A program made the translations under genes and the position numbers. Below, one piece after another: positions 16,325 through 24,638 of a DNA stretch of 32,000 nucleotides. The number at the start of each line of letters is the position of its first letter. The first letter of the stretch is position 1. Below the pieces are notes generated by a model. It was not told the origin of the DNA. It searched no databases and was given only the letters and a program-made list of their open reading frames with translations. This stretch comes from Candidatus Poseidoniaceae archaeon (GTDB taxonomy: Archaea; Thermoplasmatota; Poseidoniia; Poseidoniales; Poseidoniaceae): contig CALSTM010000003.1 of the NCBI GenBank assembly GCA_943789275.1, forward strand, positions 360,001 to 392,000. Reading direction: 5' to 3'.

Positions 16325-16738
16325 ATGTCCAAGAGCCCTGGAAAGAGTCGTGACTTAGACCACCTTATGGAGCAAAATTCAACGGAACTTGAATTTCTAT
16401 CAGCCTATGGGGGTTCGTCCTCCGAAGGCGACGGTGAAGCGATATTTTCGGCACTGCAACGCTTTCTCAAAGCGGGTGGAGTCGAGGCCAAGTTAAACAA
16501 GAAGAAAGACTCAATCAAGTTTTCATTTGGTAAAGCAAGCATTGGAGAACGGGGTTGTAAAATCACATTCAAAGGCACGGACTTGCCTTTAGTCGTGAGT
16601 GATTTACTACAGCCAGGGTTTACTCATGGCAAACTTGCCAAAGACCGCCGAACATGTTCTGCAAACATGGTGGAATGGGGTATCGAACAGCGACGCTTCA
16701 TCGAGCGTATGGTCGAGTATTTCACTCACGCCGAGTGA
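16325..16738 (+). CDS. Hypothetical protein
   Basis: The ORF runs from TTG 16316, with the first ATG at 16325. Composition is protein-like and no motif is recognised. The 3' end overlaps the convergent gene by 17 nt. Confidence 0.5.
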   Translation: MSKSPGKSRDLDHLMEQNSTELEFLSAYGGSSSEGDGEAIFSALQRFLKAGGVEAKLNKKKDSIKFSFGKASIGERGCKITFKGTDLPLVVSDLLQPGFTHGKLAKDRRTCSANMVEWGIEQRRFIERMVEYFTHAE

Positions 16739-17291
16739 AAGCAACGGCCAAGGAAACACTTGCAACTGCGAGGACAGCTCCGAACCCAGGAATTGTCTCA
16801 TCTGAATCTGTAGCACACGCTCCGTCTTTGTAATCAGTACCGCCCCATCCAGAGTCTTGCTGATAGTAGCATGATGACCATGTCTTGTACCAGTCTCCTT
16901 GTGGGTAATTCGTTGAAGAATCATCGTCATAAATGGCCTTGACTCTCCAATTCACATAGGTGTGGTCCGACGGAGGAGTGAGCGAAACAGAATAGACTCG
17001 TTCAGACACTTCAGCATCTTTGAGCACTGGGGGGTCGCAAACTCCGTCGTTGGTACAGATTTGTGTTGAGATTTGAAACGTCGTGCCGTTGTCATACGCA
17101 TTTTGATCCATTTCGATGGAAAGACTCCACACACTGCCATCAACGGAGGGGGATGTTCGTTCAGAAACGACAAATGGTACATCTTCGCTCGATGGATTAA
17201 CATCAGTTCCTGCGTTCACCTCGCTTGCCATAGCATGGAGTGGTATCAGTATAGATACCACGAATATTGTGAGTAAAGTATTGATTCGCAC
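16722..17291 (-). CDS. Small secreted protein with PGF-CTERM archaeosortase signal
   Basis: GTG start; signal peptide MRINTLLTIFVVSILIPLHAMA; four Cys. The C-terminus IPGFGAVLAVASVSLAVAFTRRE is PGF + TM + basic tail. CATAAATA lies about 21 nt upstream of the start, so the mRNA may be leaderless. Confidence 0.75.
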   Translation of the reverse strand: MRINTLLTIFVVSILIPLHAMASEVNAGTDVNPSSEDVPFVVSERTSPSVDGSVWSLSIEMDQNAYDNGTTFQISTQICTNDGVCDPPVLKDAEVSERVYSVSLTPPSDHTYVNWRVKAIYDDDSSTNYPQGDWYKTWSSCYYQQDSGWGGTDYKDGACATDSDETIPGFGAVLAVASVSLAVAFTRRE

Positions 17292-17342
17292 GGTACTCGT
17301 ACTGCGGTGTTGTATTTATGCTTAGGGTGAAATGTCCCTTCC

Positions 17343-17873
17343 TTAAAGTTCCATATCCCAAAGCTCATCTCCAACCCAGTGGAGTGTTTTGATGCCTTTA
17401 CCCTTCGAACCGTTTACAAGTTCCTCGGCGTTCATTGTAGCCCACCCAATGGCGAGAGGGCGTTTATGCTTCATGTCCCGGATCCACACCAAATCTCCTT
17501 CTTCAACGGTTGGATCTGCTCCGTGAACGCCAGCAATCATGCAGTCGGCACCTTTCATGAGAAACGGAATCGCACCGTGGTCGACTTCAACCCACTTGGC
17601 AGCATCATCATGTTCCATAAATCCACGAAGAGTCAAGAACACAAAGCGTTCCAAATCCTCGTTTTGAACTTCAATTGCTTTCGCCACTTTATCGACCAGA
17701 ACCATTGTCCATGGTCCAAATTCAGCCATCTCCAGGAATGCACCATCCACTTGTAAGTCAATGTTGAGCGCTTCCTCCAAATTCAAGAGCAGAGGAGCGA
17801 TTTTTTTCCTGCGAACAGGTCTTCTCTTTCGCATGCTCCAGTCACGGGTCATGAACAGCACAAGCGAATCCAC
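17343..17873 (-). CDS. PUA-domain RNA-binding protein (COG2016 / MCT-1-Tma20-like)
   Basis: The C-terminal PUA pattern is GADCMIAGV...GDLVWIRD...RPLAIGWATM...GKGIKTLHWVGDELW. The real start may be Met at 17834 (MRKRRPVRRKK). Confidence 0.75.
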   Translation of the reverse strand: MDSLVLFMTRDWSMRKRRPVRRKKIAPLLLNLEEALNIDLQVDGAFLEMAEFGPWTMVLVDKVAKAIEVQNEDLERFVFLTLRGFMEHDDAAKWVEVDHGAIPFLMKGADCMIAGVHGADPTVEEGDLVWIRDMKHKRPLAIGWATMNAEELVNGSKGKGIKTLHWVGDELWDMEL

Positions 17874-17896
17874 TTCTTGACGCTTGGCTTGACCCT

Positions 17897-18538
17897 GTGT
17901 TTGATGAAGGGGGAGCGATTGGTTCAGTCATGGCCCTTTGGTGCACCATTCGAACTTTCGCTCAACACGCTGCTGAATTGGGGAATGAACAACCTGCCAC
18001 CCCCGTGTTCTTTGTTAAACCAAACAATTGCATTCAACGTCATGGCTCCATTCCAGTTTCCCAACATCCGGGTGAAGTCCATCATGAAGTTGAATGCGTC
18101 ATCCGACTGAACCAACATGCCCAACCCGAAGCTATTGGCGTTGGATTGGACTTGACCGACCGTCTTACTCAAGGAGAATTACGTTCCGAGCAGTTGCCAT
18201 GGACGAAAGGGAAATGCTTCCGCGCAAGCGCCTATGTTGGCGGTTTTGTAGATTGGGATGGCTCGTTTGAATCACTGGTCCATACCGATACAGGTCTCAA
18301 ATTGAATCTCTGGGTGAACGAGGTTTTGGTTCAAAGCGCTTTATTGTCAGAAATGACGATTCCTCCCTCCGTACAGATGGAAGAACTGTTGACATGGGCG
18401 CCAATCAATGCGGGGGATTATCTGTTCACGGGCACTCCATCCGGGGTCGGTCAATTGCATCCGGGGGATACGGTCAAAGCCACGCTTGAATCACGAGAAA
18501 GGGGTGTTTTGTCTTCGATTCATGCACGGTGCGATTAG
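17897..18538 (+). CDS. Fumarylacetoacetate hydrolase (FAH) family protein
   Basis: PVFFVKPNNCI, HHEVECVIRL, KGKCFRASAYVG and FTGTPSGVGQLHPGDTV are typical of COG0179 hydratase/isomerase proteins. The track start is GTG 17897; the first ATG is 17930. Confidence 0.8.
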   Translation: MFDEGGAIGSVMALWCTIRTFAQHAAELGNEQPATPVFFVKPNNCIQRHGSIPVSQHPGEVHHEVECVIRLNQHAQPEAIGVGLDLTDRLTQGELRSEQLPWTKGKCFRASAYVGGFVDWDGSFESLVHTDTGLKLNLWVNEVLVQSALLSEMTIPPSVQMEELLTWAPINAGDYLFTGTPSGVGQLHPGDTVKATLESRERGVLSSIHARCD

Positions 18539-18544
18539 GGTTGA

Positions 18545-18555
18545 TTTCTTATATG
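18545..18555 (+). promoter_or_regulatory. TATA-like element (TTTCTTATATG) upstream of rps8e
   Basis: This is the only A/T-rich box in the 54-nt spacer, about 40 nt upstream of ATG 18593. Confidence 0.3.
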
Positions 18556-18580
18556 CCCTGTTGGTGGCTTTGGTCTGCAA

Positions 18581-18585
18581 GGTGG
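18581..18585 (+). promoter_or_regulatory. Shine-Dalgarno (GGTGG) for rps8e
   Basis: aaGGTGG lies 7 nt before ATG 18593. Confidence 0.45.
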
Positions 18586-18592
18586 CATCATT

Positions 18593-18973
18593 ATGGCTCA
18601 ATGGCACGGTATCTCTCGACGTAAACCAAGTGGCGGACGCAAAGTTCAGGCTCGCAGCAAGCGCTCTACAGAAATTTCTTCTGAGAAGCAAATGGCTCTC
18701 GTCGGAGAACCTAAGCGCAAGATTTACCGCCGAACCGGTGGAAACACACTCGTTCGAGTCATGGCTGAAAACCGTGTTTCGATTAACAACCCAAAGAAGG
18801 GCACAACTAAAGTTGGAAAAATTCACAACGTTATCGAGAACGAATCGGACCCGAACTACGTCCGACGTAATATTCTCGTGAAGGGAGCAGTTATCGAAAC
18901 CGACCAAGGCCGTGTTCGAATCACTTCTCGTCCTGGCAAGGATGGCGTCATCAACGGCGTCCTTCTCGATTGA
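18593..18973 (+). CDS. rps8e: 30S ribosomal protein eS8 (S8e)
   Basis: MAQWHGISRRKPSGGRK..., NYVRRNILVKGAVIETD and ITSRPGKDGVINGVLL are typical of archaeal S8e. Confidence 0.93.
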   Translation: MAQWHGISRRKPSGGRKVQARSKRSTEISSEKQMALVGEPKRKIYRRTGGNTLVRVMAENRVSINNPKKGTTKVGKIHNVIENESDPNYVRRNILVKGAVIETDQGRVRITSRPGKDGVINGVLLD

Positions 18974-19026
18974 ATACCTTCCGTAGGATTCAAGTCGTTC
19001 GCGCTCTACGGTGCAGATGGTGACTG

Positions 19027-19491
19027 ATGATGGACCACAACCCTGACCGCATTTGCGTATGGCCAGGTTATTTTGATACACGTCTTTCTCGGCGTAACGG
19101 CCGCCGTGTTCCAAAGGATTCCTCTGTCATCAAACCTGACTTGGATGGCTTATTTCTTGCAGCACGAAAATTGGGATTGAAGAAAATCAAGCGTGAAGAA
19201 GGCACATCTCACCCCTCCCGCCCACACATGAAAGAGGGTCGAATGTGGGTTTCTCGCGGCGGCTCTAAGCAATCTGTAGGTGCTCAATCAAAAGAGGAGT
19301 TGTTGCAACTCATTGGCGCTGAATGGCGGCAGATGCAGCGTGACCAAAAAGAAGCAACTGCCGACCGTATCGCCAAAGGCCCCCAGACCGGAGACCGACG
19401 AGCTCGCTCACAGCGCAAAGTTCGTTCCAGCGACTCAACAACTGAAAAGAAAACCAGTTTCAAGAAGCGTTCTGGCTTCAAGAAGCGTTGA
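19027..19491 (+). CDS. srp19: Signal recognition particle protein SRP19 with a long basic C-terminal tail
   Basis: The N-terminal ICVWPGYFDTRLSRRNGRRVPK...PDLDGLFLAARKLGL is the SRP19 signature. A K/R/S-rich tail of about 60 aa follows. GGTGA SD at 19019-19023. Confidence 0.85.
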   Translation: MMDHNPDRICVWPGYFDTRLSRRNGRRVPKDSSVIKPDLDGLFLAARKLGLKKIKREEGTSHPSRPHMKEGRMWVSRGGSKQSVGAQSKEELLQLIGAEWRQMQRDQKEATADRIAKGPQTGDRRARSQRKVRSSDSTTEKKTSFKKRSGFKKR

Positions 19492-20511
19492 TCATTGTGG
19501 TATTTCGTGCAACCAACCGAAGATATCTTCTTCAGTTTCATTTTGTATTCCGACCAAATGGCTGTACAACTGTTCGGTAATTGGGCCAGGCTTTCCGCCT
19601 CCATACACCGCCTTTTCTTCACCCTTGGTGATTGAGCCGATTGGTGATATGACCGCTGCAGTACCGCAGCAAAACGCCTCATCCGCAGCCATGGCAAATG
19701 CTGCAGAGACTTTGGTTTCGACGACTTCATATCCATTGTGGCGCGCTAATTCGATGATGGATTGGCGGGTAATTCCGGGCAGAATAGTTCCCGTTAATTC
19801 AGGGGTGTACAGAGTTTTGTCCTTGACACAGAAAAAGTTGGCAGCGCCGACTTCTTCGATGTAATTGTGGGTCTCAGCATCCAAGTAAATGACTTCAGCA
19901 AATCCTGCGGCTTTTGCTTTCTTGCTCGGCATCATTCCAGGAGCATAGTTTCCAATTGCTTTGACACCACCAGACCCACCAGGGGCGGCTCGGTGATAAT
20001 CTTCTGAAATCAGCAAATCAATCGCTGAAACTCCACCTTTGAAGTACGGGCCGACAGGAGTGACGTAGACCAAATAGGTATAGGACGGCGCAGGTGCAAC
20101 ACCAAGAATTGGGCCTGAGCCCATGAGCAGAGGGCGCACATACAGAGCACCTCGTCCCGAGGGTGGAACCCACTTGATGTTCGCTTGTACACACTGTTCG
20201 ACAGCGTCGATGAAGATTGATTCAGGTACGGGTGGCATTTTCAATCGGTCCGCCCCTCTTTGCATTCTTCGAGCATTTTCTTCAGGTCGGAAAAAGACAA
20301 CTCTGTCTTTCGAAGTGCGGAATGCTTTCATTCCTTCAAACAGGCCTTGGCCGTAATTCAACACACCAGCCGCAGGTGACATCGGAATCGCTCCATAGGG
20401 GCGCAAAGACCCAGGCATCCACGGCTCAGTAGCAGTGGTTTCTGTCAAATACATGGTGTCGGTCGGAGTGAGCGAAAACGTGAGGCTATCCCAATCAATT
20501 TCTTCAGCCAT
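19492..20511 (-). CDS. ilvE: Branched-chain amino acid aminotransferase (fold-type IV, long form)
   Basis: Motifs YGQGLFEGMKAF, LYVRPLLMGSGP.LGV, GGVKAIGNYAP and PGITRQSI. Trimmed to Met 20511 (MAEEIDWDSLTF), which matches the family N-terminus. The ORF extends to 20559. Confidence 0.9.
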   Translation of the reverse strand: MAEEIDWDSLTFSLTPTDTMYLTETTATEPWMPGSLRPYGAIPMSPAAGVLNYGQGLFEGMKAFRTSKDRVVFFRPEENARRMQRGADRLKMPPVPESIFIDAVEQCVQANIKWVPPSGRGALYVRPLLMGSGPILGVAPAPSYTYLVYVTPVGPYFKGGVSAIDLLISEDYHRAAPGGSGGVKAIGNYAPGMMPSKKAKAAGFAEVIYLDAETHNYIEEVGAANFFCVKDKTLYTPELTGTILPGITRQSIIELARHNGYEVVETKVSAAFAMAADEAFCCGTAAVISPIGSITKGEEKAVYGGGKPGPITEQLYSHLVGIQNETEEDIFGWLHEIPQ

Positions 20512-20673
20512 CCTTCGCACCCTGCCGCAGCGTTTCATCCAAGGTGCTCCGGCTTTCAATCATTCCTCTTTCATTTGATGAGGAAAACATGAGTTTTTGG
20601 ACTGTAGGCAACGGTTTGACGGCATGGCAGTGAAGGCAAGGCCCTTAGAGTGGTTCACTGTGCTTCATCACAA

Positions 20674-20680
20674 GGTGAGG
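20674..20680 (+). promoter_or_regulatory. Shine-Dalgarno (GGTGAGG) for polB
   Basis: aaGGTGAGGcgATG lies directly upstream of ATG 20683. Confidence 0.45.
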
Positions 20681-20682
20681 CG

Positions 20683-23367
20683 ATGACGTACAAGGATGAC
20701 ATCGGTATCATCAGTGGGCGCTACCATTCGGTTGAGGCGAACCCTGATGCTGGAACCAGTGAGTCCACAGTTTTGGAACTCTTTGGGCGCAGTAAATCTG
20801 GAGAATCCGTCTGCTTGCTCGTATCCGGTCTTCGCCCCTCGTTCGAAATCACACCGTTGAGTGCTTGGAGCGAAGAACTTGGTGTCAGCGACTTCATTCT
20901 TCAACGAATCAAAGAAGTTGAGGCGATGAAAGACGTTGTCAGCGTGTCAGGCCCCGTCATGAAATTGACCGACCTCGGCGTACGTCCAATCTGGTCGGTA
21001 ACCGTGCGCCAGCCGTTTTTGGTTCCGAATCTAAGAAAGACACTGTCCAAGCAATCGTGGCAAATCTATTCGGGAGACATTCCTTTTCTCAATCGATTAT
21101 TCCTCGATTACGACTTACGGATGCACATGTCAGTTGAAGGCACGGTAGTTGACCGACGCAATGAGCCGAATGAGAATCTTGAACGGACGCACGCCGTTGT
21201 TCAAGCAGGAGGTTCTGGCAGGTATTCAGTCGATGTCACCGTCGCATGCAATGTTTCGCAACTAAAGGATTGTGAACCGTTCCCGGTTCCTTTCAAAGTG
21301 TTCTCGTTCGACCTTGAAACCAGTATCGAGCATGAAACGATTCTCTGTGCTGCGGCTTGGGTTGAAGACATGGGGACGGGAACCCGTCAATCTTACTCGT
21401 TCAAAGGTGAAGAATCCAGCATCATGGAAAACCTCACCCTCATCGTTCGCAGCATGGACCCTGACATCATCACAGGCTACAACATCGATAACTTCGATCT
21501 ACCGCGAATGTACGACCGTATGCAAGCTCAAACCAAATCCAAACAGTGGCGGAAAAAAGCTCAGCTATTCGGGTGGGGCCGCGTTGAACAAAGCGAAAGC
21601 GAATCCAAACGAAACCGTTCCGGCCTCTTCCCTCGCCGTCAATCAACTCGCGCCTGGAACGTTGCAGGAAGAAGTGTTGTTGACGCCTGGTGGCAGGCTC
21701 GAATGGCTCTTCGCCCGCAAAGAGAAACGCTCTCGTTCATTAGCAATTTGTTGTTTCCAGAAGACGAAGAAAAACACAAGATGGATGTTGATGCCTCCAA
21801 GATGGATATGGAATGGGCCAATCGGCCCGAAGAGGTCATGGAATACTGTATCCGTGATGCAGCACTCCCCCTTGACATACTCAATGCACTGCAAGTGATT
21901 CGACGTAAAGAAGCGGTAGCGGCTGTCGCGAAAGTGACTTTTGACACCGCTGCTATTGGCAGCACAAGCCAACTTGTCGACTCACTTGTTATCCGTTTGG
22001 CAGACTCTGAAAGCGTCGCTGTACCTCTTACAGGCTCTGCTGAGGCCAAAGAAGGCCAAATCACTGGAGGCTATGTTCACGAAGTTGATGCAGGCCTGCA
22101 TCCATGGATTGCCGTTCTGGATTTCAAGAGCATGTACCCCTCGATTATGATTGGGCAAAACATCTGCTACACGACACGAATCGACCCAGCACAACCGGAT
22201 CAGCCTGCTGACGATGAACCGGTCTATACCGCTCCAACTGGCGCCAGATTCCGCCATCAATCGGTTCGTAAAGGGCTTGTCCCACGACTTCTTGAAGATT
22301 TGATGGCTCAACGCGATGTCCACAAAGCAGCGCTGAAAGCAGCGAAACAGGAAGGCAACGTTCAGCAGGAATCGTTCCATGACTCGATGCAATATGCGGT
22401 CAAAATCCTCATGAATACGTTCTACGGAGTCTTTGCGAGTGGCTTTTACCGATTCACACACCGTGATTTAGGCTCATCCATAACCGCTTGGGCTCGTCAC
22501 AACATCAAAGCCATCATCGCTCAATTGGAGGAAGAAGGCCATGGTGTCGTGTATTCAGATACAGATTCAATCTTTGTCCGCTCACCTGTTGATGATTCTG
22601 CCCCTTCTTCGCTTCGAGAAGAAGAAATCATAGCGGCTCAAAACGGCGAAAACGATGCGGTTGCCAAAATGAAACAATGGAACATTGCCAAACAATCCAT
22701 GATTGATTTCGGGCTTGAAATCGCAGAACGTTACAGTCGCGATTCGGCCATCTTGGAGTTTGAGAAGGGCCTATCTGTGTTTTTCAGCCACGGCGCCAAG
22801 AAACGATATGTTGGTCAAGTCGTGTGGCCGTCCGAGGAAATGTTGATTCGCGGTTACGAGACTCAAAGAACGGATTCCTTCAACTACCTCACTTCGACTA
22901 TGAAACGCATGTTTAGCCATGCTTTAGCTGACGAAGGTGATGAACTTGTCAAATACGCTTTAGCAAGAGTTCAAGCAGTGAAAAAGGCTGAAATCGATGC
23001 TTCTGAACTTATTCTTGCCAAGTCGTGTAAGGGTCGAGTTTCCTCAAATGGAGATATTGACTTCACCAAAGATTATGCGAACCCGGACAGCATGGCGCAG
23101 GTTCGAGTGGCTAAAGCCCGGATTGCTCTTGGCCTCGGTTTTACTTCTGGAATGAAAGTCTCCTACATTGTAACCGATGCTTCTCAGCGCCCAATGCGTG
23201 TCGAGCCATGGTTGGAAAACGAGGAAAACGGCGGCATTCGCGCCTATGATGGCCAATTCTATGCCGAACGTTTGGCTGCTGCACTGGGCCGTATCACCGA
23301 GGCTTTTGGTTGGACTGCCAAAGAATTGGTATCCGGCAACAAGCAAACTACGCTGTTTTCCTTCTAA
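20683..23367 (+). CDS. polB: Family-B DNA polymerase
   Basis: Exo I FSFDLET, Exo II YNIDNFDLP, Exo III YCIRDA, Pol A LDFKSMYPSIM, Pol B KILMNTFYGV, Pol C VYSDTDSIF. The motifs are contiguous, so there is no intein. The track start at 20650 is GTG; ATG 20683 has an SD. Confidence 0.96.
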   Translation: MTYKDDIGIISGRYHSVEANPDAGTSESTVLELFGRSKSGESVCLLVSGLRPSFEITPLSAWSEELGVSDFILQRIKEVEAMKDVVSVSGPVMKLTDLGVRPIWSVTVRQPFLVPNLRKTLSKQSWQIYSGDIPFLNRLFLDYDLRMHMSVEGTVVDRRNEPNENLERTHAVVQAGGSGRYSVDVTVACNVSQLKDCEPFPVPFKVFSFDLETSIEHETILCAAAWVEDMGTGTRQSYSFKGEESSIMENLTLIVRSMDPDIITGYNIDNFDLPRMYDRMQAQTKSKQWRKKAQLFGWGRVEQSESESKRNRSGLFPRRQSTRAWNVAGRSVVDAWWQARMALRPQRETLSFISNLLFPEDEEKHKMDVDASKMDMEWANRPEEVMEYCIRDAALPLDILNALQVIRRKEAVAAVAKVTFDTAAIGSTSQLVDSLVIRLADSESVAVPLTGSAEAKEGQITGGYVHEVDAGLHPWIAVLDFKSMYPSIMIGQNICYTTRIDPAQPDQPADDEPVYTAPTGARFRHQSVRKGLVPRLLEDLMAQRDVHKAALKAAKQEGNVQQESFHDSMQYAVKILMNTFYGVFASGFYRFTHRDLGSSITAWARHNIKAIIAQLEEEGHGVVYSDTDSIFVRSPVDDSAPSSLREEEIIAAQNGENDAVAKMKQWNIAKQSMIDFGLEIAERYSRDSAILEFEKGLSVFFSHGAKKRYVGQVVWPSEEMLIRGYETQRTDSFNYLTSTMKRMFSHALADEGDELVKYALARVQAVKKAEIDASELILAKSCKGRVSSNGDIDFTKDYANPDSMAQVRVAKARIALGLGFTSGMKVSYIVTDASQRPMRVEPWLENEENGGIRAYDGQFYAERLAAALGRITEAFGWTAKELVSGNKQTTLFSF

Positions 23368-23368
23368 G

Positions 23369-24613
23369 ATGATGAATAGAGAGAAAGGGCTTTTGATGAA
23401 GGCCGTTCACAGACCCTCCATGAAGTCGGCCTTTTTGCCAATACTCCTTTCCTCGGTGATGGTACTTTCCACGCTTGCAGGCTGTGTTTTTGAAGACACT
23501 TCGAGCAGTTCAGACGGTGAAGTTCTCGCGGTGTTTACTTTTTCTCCTTCCAAAAACATCCGTACGGGGGAAGTCGTCTCTTTTGACGCATCAAGTTCCA
23601 CACCAAGTAACGGCTTGACGTACCGGTGGGATTTCGACCAAGATGGTTCGATTGACGATACCGGCCGAACAGCTGAATGGAGTTTTGATTCCACTGGCGA
23701 GAAGACCATTGAACTCACTGTTTCCGACGGTTCAAAGACATCCATTCAGTCCAAAACACTCAATGTTGTGGAAGCCACTGCGCAACCACCGAACGCAGAA
23801 ATCACCCAATATTCCGACGATGAAGACTGTTCCAACGATGATTTGGATGAGAACACCCACATTGTACTGTGGATCTGTGAAATGGACAAATCGATGACGG
23901 ACCGAGATGTTTCAGCAACGACGACCGTTACCTTGGATGCATCCGACTCCACTGCGGGAGATTCCAGTCAATACATTTCGGAATGGCACTGGGACCTTGA
24001 TTCGGAAACGGATAACGATAACGATGGTGATTCTGAGAACGACGCAGATTTGACCGGCGAGTCGGTCGATTGGACGAATGTTGAGCCCGGTGAATACGAA
24101 GTCAATCTCAATGTATTGAACAGCGCAGGCATGACGGATTCTGACTCGATCAAGGTTTACGTCAGTTATGCAGGCCAGTGGTCTGACTTTGAAATGGGCG
24201 GCAACACCTCAGGAAACGCCCAAACTCTTGATTTTGATGTCAATATTGTTTACGACAAAGACAAAGGCAATACGATTCGCAAGGCAGTTGGTGAATTGAC
24301 CTACCCACAGCAAGACGGAGATTGTACAAACGTGCCCGGTTCTTCGAACTGCCGTGCGAAACTCGACATCTATGCCATCAACGAAGAAGATGAAGAAGCG
24401 ACCAACACTTCGGACACAGGTCTCGACCAGCGAACAGATGGCGATAATTGCGACGAGGACAACAACGACTGTATCCATCTTACTTTGAGTTCCTACATGT
24501 TTACCGATACCGAATCGACCTACGGTGATGGCGAATGGATTTTTCAAATTCGAAATGAGAAAATCAATGATTTAGAAGTCGAATCCTTTGTTATACGGCT
24601 GCATTATCGCTGA
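23369..24613 (+). CDS. Secreted lipoprotein with PKD domains and acidic D/N-rich segments
   Basis: Trimmed from ORF 23177 to the first Met after the polB stop. The lipobox is VLSTLAGC. PKD pattern FTFSP...VSFDASSS...YRWDFDQDGS...IELTVSDG. A second PKD-like unit is TLDASDS...WHWDLD...YEVNLNVLNSAG. Confidence 0.75.
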   Translation: MMNREKGLLMKAVHRPSMKSAFLPILLSSVMVLSTLAGCVFEDTSSSSDGEVLAVFTFSPSKNIRTGEVVSFDASSSTPSNGLTYRWDFDQDGSIDDTGRTAEWSFDSTGEKTIELTVSDGSKTSIQSKTLNVVEATAQPPNAEITQYSDDEDCSNDDLDENTHIVLWICEMDKSMTDRDVSATTTVTLDASDSTAGDSSQYISEWHWDLDSETDNDNDGDSENDADLTGESVDWTNVEPGEYEVNLNVLNSAGMTDSDSIKVYVSYAGQWSDFEMGGNTSGNAQTLDFDVNIVYDKDKGNTIRKAVGELTYPQQDGDCTNVPGSSNCRAKLDIYAINEEDEEATNTSDTGLDQRTDGDNCDEDNNDCIHLTLSSYMFTDTESTYGDGEWIFQIRNEKINDLEVESFVIRLHYR

Positions 24614-24638
24614 GTTCTCACTTGGTACCTACGGAGAT

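Noticed and set aside
16165-16326. 53-codon basic ORF on the minus strand inside the long spacer (MMLNVNTRRLFFDVPAYTMY...).
   Set aside because: Its start codon overlaps the start of the divergent 16325 gene, leaving no promoter space. There is no SD and no recognisable motif.
18491-19114. 207-aa minus-strand ORF antisense to rps8e and the srp19 start.
   Set aside because: It is a shadow ORF of conserved plus-strand genes and spans their intergenic spacer.
21272-21898. 208-aa alternative-frame ORF inside polB.
   Set aside because: It is embedded in the conserved exonuclease domain's coding frame, has low-complexity S/K/T-rich composition, and lacks start signals.
20683-23367. Intein or split in polB.
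   Set aside because: The exonuclease and polymerase motifs are contiguous with normal spacing, and the length (about 894 aa) fits an intein-free enzyme.
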